Below are positions 25,819 to 38,330 of a stretch of DNA of 64,000 bases, piece after piece. Both the position numbers and the translations under genes were made by a program. The stretch's first letter is position 1. Each line of letters starts with the position of its first letter. The stretch lies in NCBI RefSeq assembly GCF_009834535.1, contig NC_045705.1, positions 55,428,001-55,492,000 on the forward strand. The letters are read 5' to 3'. The notes under the pieces were generated by a model. The model was not told the origin of the DNA. It saw only the letters and a program-made list of their open reading frames with translations, and did not search any database. This DNA comes from Camelus ferus (taxonomy: Eukaryota).

Positions 25819-26784
25819 TCATATGCTGTGGGATTTGGTGTCCTTAGGACTTGAAAGGATCCTTATGACACAGTCTCGTATCTGCTTGGTTTTCACCCCA
25901 TAGACAACAGGATTCATAGTGGGAGGCAAGAGCAGGTAAATATTGGCCATAATGATGTGGCAAGAGGGAGGGATTGTGTGGCTCCCAAAGCGGTGGGAAA
26001 AGAAGGAGAAGAAAGCTGGACTGTAGGAAAAAACAATAGCACAGATGTGGGCAGTGCAGGTGCTGAAGGCCTTCTGCCGAGCCTCTGCTGAAGAGAGGCT
26101 GACCACTGCCCGGAGGATCATGGTGTAGGAGATCGTGATGCACAGGATGTCAAAGCCCCCAATCAGAAGGGCAACCATCAGACCACAAATGGCATTGACC
26201 TTGATATTTCCACAGGACAACTTGGCTACAGACATGTGGTCGCAGTAGGTGTGGGGAATTACATTGCCTCTGCAGTAGGGCAGACGCTTGGTAAGGAAAG
26301 TGAAGGGAGTGATGAGCAGCACCCCTCTGAGAAAGGTGGAGAGACCAGCCTTTGCAATGACAGGATTGATGAGGATAGTTGAGTAGCACAGAGGGTAGCA
26401 GATGGCCACATAGCGGTCCAGGGCCATCAGCATGAGCACCCCAGACTCCGTCCCTGTGAAGGTGTGAATGAAGAACATCTGAACCAGGCATTCTACAAAG
26501 CTGATTTCCTTGAGGTGAAACCAGAAGATGCAGAGAGCTTTAGGGATTGTACTAGAGCACATGACAAGGTCAGTGAGAGAAAGCATGGCCAAGAAGTAGT
26601 ACATGGGCTTGTGCAGGGCGTCCTCATAGCAAACGAGGTAGAGGAGTCCACAGTTCCCTACCACAGCCACAGCATACATGGAGCAGAATGGGAGGGAAAT
26701 CCAGACATGTATGTCTTCCAGTCCTGGAACTCCATTCAGAATAAATGAGGGTGGGTCCAGGTCTGTTTTACTCAGCATTAGCAT
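25819..26784 (-). CDS. OR52N4: Olfactory receptor 52N4-like, intact (copy 3), 321 aa
   Basis: Uninterrupted ORF. The true ATG is at 26784 (26790 is TTG). All class I motifs are present: [55 protein letters not shown]. Very close to the human OR52N4 sequence as I recall it. Confidence 0.95.
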   Translation of the reverse strand: MLMLSKTDLDPPSFILNGVPGLEDIHVWISLPFCSMYAVAVVGNCGLLYLVCYEDALHKPMYYFLAMLSLTDLVMCSSTIPKALCIFWFHLKEISFVECLVQMFFIHTFTGTESGVLMLMALDRYVAICYPLCYSTILINPVIAKAGLSTFLRGVLLITPFTFLTKRLPYCRGNVIPHTYCDHMSVAKLSCGNIKVNAICGLMVALLIGGFDILCITISYTMILRAVVSLSSAEARQKAFSTCTAHICAIVFSYSPAFFSFFSHRFGSHTIPPSCHIIMANIYLLLPPTMNPVVYGVKTKQIRDCVIRILSSPKDTKSHSI

Positions 26785-26817
26785 AATCAATTAGGCTTAA
26801 ACGTTATGTGATTTTTC

Positions 26818-26845
26818 CTAGAGTAAGACAAAGAGAAAATAAAAT
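26818..26845 (-). promoter_or_regulatory. Splice acceptor of the coding exon, copy 3
   Basis: Minus strand ttttattttctctttgtcttactctag|gaaaaa, 33 nt upstream of the ATG. Confidence 0.6.
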
Positions 26846-28029
26846 ATAGTTTATGGTTACTTTTTCTCCTTTTTGTGTTTTAAAATTCTGGAGGGCATTT
26901 TAATGATCAAATAACCAACTTTTCTGAGTGACAGGGAGTAGATCTTTTGTTTATTTGTTGTTTATTAATTGATTAATTCATCTATCGCTTCAACAAATTT
27001 TTACTGAACAATTCAAATTGTCATCACAGACACTGATTCAAAAAAAATTTTTAAACCCTCATAAATTTATAATCAAACATAATTCTATTTCATCTAGTCT
27101 AAGGATATTTTTGTTAGATACCTCATTTGTTAATAAATATATACATCTCCCTATGGATGAGATCTTAGAGTCTTTTGATGACCATACCAATGACCCAAAA
27201 GGTAAAAGGACTTTCAAAATTCTTATTCTTGGTTAATAGCTGATCGTTATAATTTGGTACTAAGGCACTGTTCTAAGAATTTTAGAAATATTAAATCATT
27301 TCTCCCTCAATGGAGATTGGGGGGGGGGTCTCACTAAACAGTACAATTTTTGATTTGGTCTTCTTACTTTTTAATTGCCTTATTTTCTCTTTTTTAAATA
27401 ATGGTTTATATGCATTTATCAAAATTCTTTTAAAATTTCTACTCAGAATAAACTTCCAGTAATAATTGGAAAGCAGGTAACTTTGCTTAGGATGGTAAAT
27501 CCATGAATGATAATGAATCATTTATTTTATTCTTTTACCAATTTTTCTGTCTTACATTTAAACATTGTCCTCTGAGATTATCTGCTGTCTGTAGCAAAAA
27601 ATAAAACAAATAACAAAACAAACAAACCAGTTTCACACTATTATATCAAACTAAAGGCCCTGATAGACTTTGACTTAGTTTTGCTAGTTTTTCCAGTAAT
27701 ATTTATCATTCAATAATACGTTGACATCGCCAATGTTTATTGTTTTCTCATCTGTTCTTGCTGACATTTTGGTTTACATTTTTGTATATATTTCACAATG
27801 GAATCCATGTCAGTTGAGTTCTTGTGGAAACCAATACAAGTGCAAATTTATACTTGATATTTCTCACCACATGTCAAATTTATTTCTCACCCAAGAGCAA
27901 AATTAATTAATCCCCAATTCTGTGCTTATGTCTAAGCCTCATTTTCAGTTTGACTGAATATTTGGGATGAATAAATGGTATCTCATTCTTTCATTAATCT
28001 CTTACTTTCTTATATATATGTATCAAGCA

Positions 28030-28500
28030 TCCATAATGTGGAGAAGACAGTTTTGCTCATTTAAGGATTTCAGAGTTTAATGGACAGAGAAGATGCATAC
28101 AAATAATCATGATAAACATAAAACAAGAACTAAAATAGAAGTACATGCAAGATCCCAAATTAGCACTTGACTGTTAATGTGGGTGTGCATTGTTGTTGGT
28201 GGGTATTGAGAGGAAGAATTGGTGATTATAAGGAAACACTATGTTGGAGAGAAGGTGTTTGATATCTATTTTGAAAGAAGTCAAGTTGTAAAGGAGACAC
28301 ATTTGTAAAAGGAATTCCAGAGAGAGGAATCAACAAGTAAAAGTGTAAAAATCAAAACAATCAACTCTAAAAAATTTGCTGGTGTGGAAGGGGCAAGTAA
28401 TAAGCTAGATATTTGGCCAGGAGCTAGATCATAAAGAATCTTGTCATTATCAGGTAATGGGTACTTCACTGATGTTGAAGGAACCCAGAGAGATATGAGT
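28030..28500. mobile_element. L2 fragment
   Basis: gacagttttgctcatttaaggatttcagagtttaatggacagagaagatgcatacaaataatc...ggagctagatcataaagaatcttg. Confidence 0.55.
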
Positions 28501-29957
28501 TAACTCTGTGGTGCTTGGGAAACAATAGGCAGTGAAGAAGTCAGATTCCTTTTCCTACCCCTCCCTTAAGGACATATTTTCTGTCCTCTCCAGGAGAGGG
28601 GTTGGAAGAAGGAAGGAAAAAACTTTGAGATATTGTAGTCTTTGCTCAACAGGTAAGTAAAGTAAGAATTCTTAGGAGATTGCAACAACAGATAAGCATT
28701 TAGCTAGTAGGCTCCAAAGCACCAAAAATTTATGTAAGTTTTCTACTTAGTAGAATGAAAATAATCTGTGACCAAGTTTCCCAAGTTAAAAAAATTGGTT
28801 TCCATTAAACACCTTCCTAATAACCCTGAATTACTAGGAATACCAAAAGGTGTATCTGATTTTTCATAGAAACATTGTCAACTATTGTGGCGGAAATTCC
28901 ACCAATTTGTAAGACAGAAACTAGATTATAGAACTGATTTTTGTTAATTCACTTACTCTCTTTGAGGCTTTTTTGATCAGAAAATCATATTGAAGAGAAA
29001 ATTGAAGGAGATAACATGTTAAAACATACTACCACATTTTATGTGCTCAATACCCAGACTGACAGCGATTTTGCTGTGCTTACAAAAATTAATGCCGTAG
29101 AAAGCCATTGAGTGCCACTAAGTGAATTTTCTCCTGTGTTCCATTAGAGGAAATATTCATTCTACCTTCCATTAATAAATTTGGTGATTTTTAGGTCATC
29201 GTCTGTAGGAAATATTGTCACATGGAAATTCTGCATCATAAAGTGACACCAAGTGAGGACAGATTAGATTTGTCAAAACGTTTGTTTTGAAAGAAGTAGG
29301 GAAACACAGATTGCACATGCTAACAAGAATCTTTTCAAGGACCTGTCCTTATGTCATTACAAGATCTTAGAGTTATACTTGTTGTCATAGGAGCACCTGT
29401 GTCTCTAATCTAGTCTCAGGAGAAATCTAAGAGGAAAAGACAGGGCTCCTAGACCTGAAGCATGATTAGGATTCTGACAGATCAAGATGGGAGGGACAGT
29501 GTTCTCTCCTGCTGCTATTTGCTGTTTCCTACTCACAGCACACCGATATTCCTGACTCTGTGAAAAATGGTCCTCTGTGCTTTTGGTGCTTTCCCTCCAG
29601 CCCCACTCAAACATAGCTAATTCATACTTGCTCTTCAAGGAAAACCTTCCTCAGAAAGATTCAAAGTTCGAATGTGGTGGTGGAGACATATCTAAACCAT
29701 CTTAAAATAATGTAGTTACAAACTGCTATAATTAGATGTAAAGAATTTATTTATTCAAATAAAAATTCTTTTAAATTATATTTACCTCATGATACTACAA
29801 AAATCAATTCATATATGGGACTCCTCCACAATTAAATAAAATTATTGACATTAAGGACAGTTTGTATTTATATTAACTCCCACCAATCCAGTATGTAGCA
29901 AACCACCTTGAACATACCAGGTACTAAGATTTTGTTAAATAAATGAATAGATGGATG

Positions 29958-30000
29958 AAATAAATAAATAGATAAATAAATAAATAAATAAATAAATAAA
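29958..30000. repeat. (TAAA)n microsatellite
   Basis: About 10 near-perfect TAAA units. Confidence 0.9.
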
Positions 30001-31219
30001 ATTTTTATTTGACTTTGAGAATTACTAAATTATAATCTAAATATTATTACTTGGATTGCATAAAATAAACTAGTAGAAAAAATGGAAAACATCTTCCTCT
30101 AGATTACTACAAAGATAAATAAATAAAACATTCCCTTTATAAAGTAGGGAAACAAAGAAAATACAAAGAAAGTGGAAAGAATAAGATGATAAAAGCAGAA
30201 CAAATACTGGTTTAAGCAATAAAGATAACTTATTTAAACTATCCATCAATTTTAATATAATTCTAATTAATTTTAAATAAGATTCCTATTCTTTTCTCCT
30301 TCTGTCTACTTTAAATTATTTAACAGTCTCTCTTAACTGTGATGTTCAGTACCTGCTTTGATCTATATATTGTAAATAGCAGTGCACAAAGCAACATTGC
30401 AGCTTCTCTTGGAGTTAAAATTTCTCTCGACAAGAATAAACAACGTAAGTTCAGCACCTTAATGATTTCTTCCCAGAAGGAACAACTATCTGGAATGGAG
30501 AAAAAGATTTTATGTTTTTTATCCCAGTATATTTCCTTAATTCTATTGCATTTTAGAAACAAATTTAAAATAATTTTGATACACAAAAGTTAATTTCTTC
30601 TGCAAGGAAATGAGACACATACTATGCTGCGGTGTAGACAGGGTTACTAAAATATAATATAAACACATAACTATCACCACTTGTAAAATACAGCTTTGAT
30701 ATATCTGTTGTCTATCTTTATTCTTAAACCTTACAGGTAATAAATATATTTTTTTGTTAGATTGTCTTCAGTCCTTTAGAGCCTTTTTTTTTTTAAAATG
30801 AGGGTTGTTTTCTCCATGTAAGTTTTGCCATCCAAAATCAATGAAACAAAAGTCATAGCTCAGTCTCTGTAGAAGATAAAAAAGGGAATTTAGACTATGA
30901 TTTTGCAGAATAAGGGAAGAACAGGTAAGAACCAAGAGGATTCTGACCATTGGCCTAATGACCTAGAGCTATTTTCCTATTCTATTTGTCATGGAAATAA
31001 TTTACCTCTGATTCCCATTTTGACAGAAAAATAACACAGATAATCGTAACCAGAATGATGTTACACTGAATTTTAATGTTATGGTTGAGAAAACACACAT
31101 TGTTCAAGAATATCCAATTTCATACAACATCTCTGTATTCAAATTACTTGAATAGAGTCAAAGATTTATTTCTGGAAAAAATGATAAGCAATTGTTATAT
31201 ATCCAAAGTCCCTCTTCAC

Positions 31220-31560
31220 TTTATCTTACTGCCTACAAAAAAGAAAAGAAAAGAAATTGTCATTATCCCCCTTTTTGGTATGTCTTAAATACCTTAGTTC
31301 CTGGATTGCAGAGCAGTGAGCTGAATGCAATCTGGTCCAGGTGTTCAGGGTCTTGGCTGAAAAAAAAAATCTTGAGTCCTAGAATAAATGTGCACGCATA
31401 GCCTCCAACCTCTAACTTCCTTGCTCTCTGTACTATTGGACTGAGCCTTTAAAGGAAAATGTGAAGAAAAAAAAAAAAGGAAAAATGTGTGGTATGTGTC
31501 TCAAGGGGAAATTTTAGAGTGTCAGAGACAGAGACGTTCTTGTGGAACTTAAACTATCCT
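31220..31560 (-). promoter_or_regulatory. Putative promoter/first non-coding exon of intact OR52N4 copy 3
   Basis: TCTCAAGGGGA at 31499-31509; minus-strand donor gca|gtaaga (plus cttac 31225-31229). Confidence 0.5.
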
Positions 31561-32911
31561 CTATGGGAGGAGGAAAAAGAGCAAGAACTTTCATTGTTTA
31601 GTGCTGAAATAATGATATATAAATATGTGAATACTCTCACATGTGTGTACTTCTGTGTTAGCATGGTGGGGGGAGAATGAAAATAAACACAGTATTTTTA
31701 ATGAAAATTGGGATTAAATATTCATCTCAAATTTATGTTTCCTTTTTATCCATTGCTTTTTGGAAAACATATCAAAAGTAACTGCATATAGAATGTTTCT
31801 TTTATTCACACACTGATTCATTTTTAAAATTATTTCTTTTATTCCTGTATTGGTTCATCTCTCCATTTAATTGATGTTTATTGAGAATTTTCTACTCTAC
31901 AAGTTAGGCTAGATAATATGACCCTTGGTTTAAAAAGCTCACTTTTAAGTGAGGAAAATGGTCCAGAAAAGAGAGTCATCAAAAGTTTATATTTATTACA
32001 CTTACATATCAAGTTAAGAAAAACTAGATCAATATACAAATCTTGAAATAGTGATCATGATAACAGCAATAATTAAAAAACTTATTCTATTCTTATCTTT
32101 TTAATGAAAGTAATGTAATATAATAAATAATTTGGAAAATATATAATATGTAATGGTATAATATATAATATAATAATATAATATATTAATATAATATAAT
32201 AAATATAAATAATTTGGAAAAACAGGAAGGTATTTTAAAAATAGAAAGCACTCTGTCATGCAACTTAGAGGAAACTTCTTGTGTATTTTTATCCTGAGTA
32301 AAAATACATGTATATAAATGTATTGATATGTATATATTTATTACCTACATCTTTATAAAAATGATCATAATATATTACAATATACATTGATATTTTAACA
32401 CTATATAATTAGTCCATTTTCAAAACAAAGTTATGATTGAATAAAAACTCATAATTTATTTAAACATAACTTATTCTTATAGATCCTCTTTAAAGTGCTA
32501 AAATAAATTGACAGATGTATGAAACTTTTATATTTCTGATCTGAATATTCCCTCAAAATAAATCCTTATTGAATGTTTGAGCCCTCTTCTTTCATTCCAA
32601 TGGTTATGTGCCAATTTGATAAGAGACTGTTATTCCGTTGTCATTTAGCTATGCTCTTAGTTACTTTCTAAAAACACATTTTAAATTTTACATTGCTAGT
32701 TTTAATGCATTGTCATGAGAGTTGCTTGTATTTCTCTTAATAGGGTTTGTTGATGGTATTGTGTGATCTCCTTTACAAGAATATGATTTGTTAACATTTG
32801 TTAATGTTTTGCATGTACTTTAGACGAATGAATATTTCCTGTCATTTGGGGTGTAGGCTCAGTATATATTCATAGGAAATATCTCTTTTATTAGGCTTGT
32901 TTGTTGTGTGT

Positions 32912-32999
32912 ACTCTTGACTACTCTTGGACCAAAACTTAAAAAAAATTAGTGTAACTCTTGATTACTCTTGGACCAAAATTTAGAAAAAAACAGTGTA
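32912..32999. repeat. 44-bp imperfect tandem duplication
   Basis: actcttgactactcttggaccaaaacttaaaaaaaattagtgta / actcttgattactcttggaccaaaatttagaaaaaaacagtgta. Confidence 0.85.
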
Positions 33000-33059
33000 T
33001 CTAAGTCTTCCACTGTTAATTTTTCTGTTTATTTCTTCTTGCATCTGTGTTGTTAGAAG

Positions 33060-33670
33060 ATAAAATACAATCATAATAAACAATCTATAAGAAGGTTAAA
33101 AAAAGGTAGAAAAGGCAACAAAGAACATATATGAGAAATATAGAACAAATAAAAGACGATGAACTAAATCTAACCTTTTCAGTAGTCATTTAAAATATCA
33201 ATGGTCTACACACCCAATTTTAAGACAAAGATTGTTAAATGAGATAAAATAACAAGACCAAACTGTGCTAATTACAAGAGGCACACTTGAAGTAGAAAGA
33301 CACAATGAAGTTAATAGTAAAGGGATGGAAAAAATTACACAATGCTAACACTAGTCAAATAAAGCTGAAGTGACGATTTTAATGTCAAATACGTTTAGAG
33401 GAAATAATTTTACCAGAGATAAAGAAGGTCAATTTCATAATGATGGGAACTAAACTAAGAAAGAGATGATAAAATTCTAAATGTTTATGGCTCTAATAAG
33501 AGGAATTTGGAATGCATGGTGTAAAAACATATAGATCTGCAGGAAAAAAATAGAAAAATCCAAAAATACAAGTGGAAATTTCAATTCCCCTTTTCCATAA
33601 TCAATAGAACAAATACACATAAAATCAGCAAGAGTATAGTAGACTTGTACAATAGCGTCAACCATTCTCT
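33060..33670 (+). mobile_element. Old L1 ORF2 endonuclease region, sense
   Basis: aatatcaatggtctacacacccaattttaagacaaagattg...aagggatggaaaaaattacacaatgctaacactagtcaaataaagctgaagtg. Confidence 0.75.
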
Positions 33671-36360
33671 AGCCCTTGAGAAAGCTCTAAATAAGTACAC
33701 TTGCTTATTCCACTTGAATCTTCACTATTTCTGATCCTCTTTTTTATTAAAATAGTAGAGAATGCAGAAATTTAGAAGGAAAAAGTAAAGTAAAGTGGAT
33801 CCTTCACTGGACAGTTCTGAAGTTCCCCTGAGTGCAAATCCCTTCTTTCCTGTTGACTGCTTTGTGGGAGGTTTGGGCAATATCACTGCTTCTTACCTTT
33901 CAGAAAATATAAACAAATTTGTCAAAACATATCTTCCTATATTTATTCCTGTTACCATCTAGCACGGGTTTTTGCATAATTTGTCTCACTTTATATCCTG
34001 GTTTTGACATACTGACTTCCTTGAAAAACTCAAGAAGTTCATATTCACAAATGAAGGCATTGCTATTGAGGTCAACCTTTACAAATGATTCTTAGAGTTC
34101 ATCAAGTCTGAATGGGAGCCATCTCCTACATTTAAAGATGGTCTATGATATTAAAATGCCAGTAAAGGTGGACAACATCTCTGTGGATAAGTTTGGTAAA
34201 AACAACTTTCAAATTGCTTAGGATGTAAAGTCACAGAGCACCTGTTCTGGCCCAACGGCATCTGACCAGTGCTCTCAGACAGCTTCTGCTCCCCAGAATC
34301 TCTGCAGCCGTCTGATTATCTTTTCTGTGACAGAATATAATGGCTTATTTTAAAAATTCATGGTCTATATTTCTTACCTCTTCTTATAAATTTTTCTTCA
34401 TTTCCTTCCTGCTTTGCAAATTCTCATTAAGTTACTCTTGCTTAAATCCTGATATTTCAATTCTGTTAGCCTATAATGTGTGAGTTATCTCTGCAGGAAT
34501 GACATGTCATTTTTCTTTTGTTCCACTGCACTTTTCTCTTATCATGGACCTTGCTATTTAGTAGAAATACCATCTTCTTGTATATTTATTGAAAAAAATC
34601 AAACATATGTTTACTTAAATTATCTTAATATTTTGAAATGTACTATTAATCAAGAAAATAGTTTTATGAGTCCATGGAGCATTGAATTTTCTCTTTATCA
34701 GCCTTTAAATAAATATAAACGAATTCAAGTTTGTGTAAAAATCCAGATTAATAAGGAAAAATACTTCAGATTATTTTCATTATACCGAGAACTGATAGAA
34801 TTTTCTTTTCATGTCTAACTGGATGGTGAGTGACAATAATCAATGTGTAACTGAGTTACTAGCATCTGGTGAGCCTGCATCCCAAATTAACCCTGATTTT
34901 TCAAGAGATTACCCACAAAATATCACAGCTAGTTAATGAAACGCTCTAAGCCTGGGTTTAATGGAAACCAGCCAAGATCACAAGGAAATACATGACACTA
35001 TAGACTAAACAGTATTTTCTGCTCCTCATTGGTTTTAAAGTCATGAACAAGAGAAGAAAGTTTTCAGAGTAGGATTTTTCACTGGGATGAAAATCCTGCT
35101 CCTGCTTCCTGCCTTAAAGATCTCTCTGTTTCTGTTCATCCTATAGAGCTCCTTCTCACTCACTCGAGCTGCCTGTATCCTTGTGTGGGTGTAGGCACAG
35201 AGGCAGGTGGGTAGCTTGTAGCAGAGGTGGCACAGATGGAGGTAAACCTGGTGAATCTGTCAGGGCCCCAACAAGAAACAAAAGACACACACAAATGTCA
35301 GTCTGAAAAGAACTTAATAAAGTTGCTACTAAAGTTGTTGATGGGGTTGAGAACATAAAAATGGATGTTGAAAAAAATGGATATTGGGTATCCAAAGACC
35401 AATATCACAAAAGCTTCATCACTCCCTTGTTCTGAAGGAGAAAAGGAAGAAAAAAGCGGGCTTGGGGTAAAAATGGTAAGAGCTGTAGCTGTGGCAGATG
35501 AACTGCCTGGCAAATGCTTAAGGGACACAACAGAGCTCTGGTGTCAAAGCAGGCTGAGAGTAGAAGGAAAAAACAAAACTCAAACACTTTTCCTCTTGCA
35601 TTCTAAATCTCCTGCCAGTGACTCCCAATGACTTGATCCATCGAATGCAAGAAGACAAAGGTTCCTGAGTCATACAGGTATGAGCTTCCAACCTCCAGGA
35701 GAGTCCAGTGCAATTCAGAGAGAGCAGAGCAAAGAGCTGGGCAGGTAAATGGAGCAAGAGCTAGATCCTTCCCTTCTCTCTCTCTCTGTCTCTCCCTCTC
35801 TCTTATTTATTCATCTATATCTTTTGGGCTTTTTTTTTTTTTGGTCCAAGTCTGGTCATCTTGCTCTATTCTCCTACAGTCTCATCATCGTCTGGCTGGG
35901 CTTTGCTCATCTTAAGCATTTTCTATTCCGCCATCTGCGTTCACATTACTGGGATAATGCTTATTCCACCAGACTGACTTTTCTCCCAAGTAACAGTTAT
36001 CAATGAACAAGAAATCTCTGTAATTCATGCCCCAGTCACTTCTGTTTCTTTGGTTGTGTATGTGTATGTGCGTGTATATGACTATTATATTAATTTTTAT
36101 TTTAGGGGAAAGATATAAATCATTCATTATGGTTTTTGATTCAATTTGATTGGTCTGAGAGAAAGTCCTTGCTTTTCTCACATATATTTAGCTCTTGTCA
36201 ATATTTTGAAGCTTCTGTGAAGGTTTTCAGTTTTTTCCCTTTCACAATCATTTTACAATTGTTTATATGAAAATTGAAAACATATCTCAAAGGCATTCGG
36301 TATCCCCATCATCTTTGAAAGTTTACTATCCACCATAAAAGAAGCTAAAGTCCATGAACG

Positions 36361-37344
36361 TCATGAAGAAGGTCTCTGATGCCTTACTTTCTTTTCCAGG
36401 CTCAAACAAAACACCTTTTGGAAGCCTGCTCTAAGTTCTTTAGTCCTAAGTGCATACACCATAGGGTTGAGGGAAGGGGGGATAATGTTATGCAGCACAT
36501 TGAGTAGGACTGGAATCAAAGTAGCTTTAGTCTCTGCCAGGTGAGTTACTGAAATCACTACAACAACTGTGTAGAAGAAGAGGATAAGGATGAGATGGGA
36601 GGTACAGGTGCTCAGAGCCTTGGACACAGCTTCAGCTGAGTTCAGTCTAAGTACAGAGCGCAGAATCAAAGTGTATGACAATATTATAAGACTTAGATCA
36701 CTCCCCATTCCAAGCCATGCCAGAACCAACTGGCAAATGCTGTTTGGTCTCCTGTCATCACAAGCCAGTCTAGTGACCCCAAGGTTAGAACACAGACAAT
36801 GCTCAATCTCATTCCTGAAGCAATAATTACGCTGGGCTGCAAGCACAGGCACTGGAATGACGACCAAGCCATTCCGAAACACCATGAATAAGGTAGCTTT
36901 TAAGATTAAGGCATTGGTGACAATTGATGGGTAGCGAAGAGGGTGGCAAATAGCTACATATCTATCAAAAGCCATGCAGAGGAAGATGCCTGACTCCATG
37001 CCAACAAAGCAGTGGATGGCATAAATCTGAGCAAAACACTCAGGGAGGCTAATGACCTTGGCATCAAACCAGAAGATGGCCCGGATCTTGGGCATGATGG
37101 TGGTGGCCAACCCCATGTCCACCACAGAGAGGATGCCTAAGAAATGATACATGGGCTGCTGAAGAGCAGAGTCCTGGCAGACGGTGATGAGGATGAGGGA
37201 GTTGGCACCGATTGCTGAGAGGTAGAGTAATGCCAGCGGTAAAGAAAGCCAGTGTTGCCAGCTGTGAATGCCTGGGAATCCCATCAAGATGAACTCAGAG
37301 ACCTGGAATTTCGAGCTATTGGAGACTTGCAGAGACATAGACAT
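36361..37344 (-). CDS. OR56B1: Olfactory receptor 56B1-like, intact, 327 aa
   Basis: Uninterrupted ORF with [68 protein letters not shown] and [11 protein letters not shown], matching OR56B1 as recalled. Splice acceptor (minus-strand tag, 37351-37353) just upstream of the ATG. Confidence 0.93.
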   Translation of the reverse strand: MSMSLQVSNSSKFQVSEFILMGFPGIHSWQHWLSLPLALLYLSAIGANSLILITVCQDSALQQPMYHFLGILSVVDMGLATTIMPKIRAIFWFDAKVISLPECFAQIYAIHCFVGMESGIFLCMAFDRYVAICHPLRYPSIVTNALILKATLFMVFRNGLVVIPVPVLAAQRNYCFRNEIEHCLCSNLGVTRLACDDRRPNSICQLVLAWLGMGSDLSLIILSYTLILRSVLRLNSAEAVSKALSTCTSHLILILFFYTVVVVISVTHLAETKATLIPVLLNVLHNIIPPSLNPMVYALRTKELRAGFQKVFCLSLEKKVRHQRPSS

Positions 37345-38059
37345 ATTCTCCTAAGAGATAAAAAAACAAAACATGTTTTTCAGAGTTGCTGTCTCTGCGC
37401 ATAATTGTATTAAACATTTTTTTAAAATTGTCTCTACATAATGTTGTTTGGTGCTATTAACCAAATAAATTCTGTAGTCCATCTCGTAATAATATAAGAT
37501 AAATTACAATGAAGTTCTACGGCTTTAGAAGTAGAGCGTAAACATAATAGTAACAGTTATCAATGTTGATTATTCAGGGAAAATCCTACGTGAATCTCAA
37601 ATCTCTATTTGTCTTGTGCTCAGTTACTGCAGGTTAGGACCAAAACATAAATATGATTCTCAACTTTTGTTTGTTCATTTGTTTTTTAAACCTCTAATTT
37701 TCTCTTTCTCTTTAGTAACTTTGTGGAATCGAGTGAATAAGTTTGTTCTCTTCATTTTTTTCTCAATCTTCTCTGAGTCAGACTTTTATTAACAATAAGT
37801 AGATTTTTTTAAGTGCAGAATTATGGCAGATTAAATTTTATAGCTACATCACTCCAGCTTGTAATCATTGTCCATAAATATTTTGTATAGCCTTCCAATA
37901 ATTTGGTATTATAGACTTTTAAGGGTTTGCAGCCATAAGGCATGCTGCAGATTGGAAGAAGAATAGCTTTCTTTGATATTCTACTTTGTATGGCCTTCTG
38001 AGGAGGTCACAGAAGAATAGCTTAAAAGGGAATTAACAAACCTGACTTCCTTTTCCATA

Positions 38060-38330
38060 AACAATTGCTTCCTTACCATGTTGTCTTCTCTCCTTTACTT
38101 CCTCTTTGCACCCCTTCTCTTCAGCACTGCTTCTGTAATCTCACCTGGTCACACTTGTCTCTGCCCAAGCTTCTCTCTTTTTGTCAGCAATCTGACCTTT
38201 CTAAGATTGATATTCCCTTGCTTAAAATAACTTATATCTTCACACCTCCCTTCACATACAATTCAAATTCCTTTATGGTGCACAAAGCACCTTCTGACAT
38301 GAACAAATTTACTGAGTATCATCTTTGGTT
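38060..38330. mobile_element. L2 fragment
   Basis: Pyrimidine-rich L2-like sequence: ttctaagattgatattcccttgcttaaaataac...tcaaattcctttatggtgcacaaagcacc. Confidence 0.5.

Noticed and set aside
20362-33000. 30-44 bp direct repeats as a CRISPR-like array
   Set aside because: Mammalian DNA; only two adjacent copies each and no spacers.
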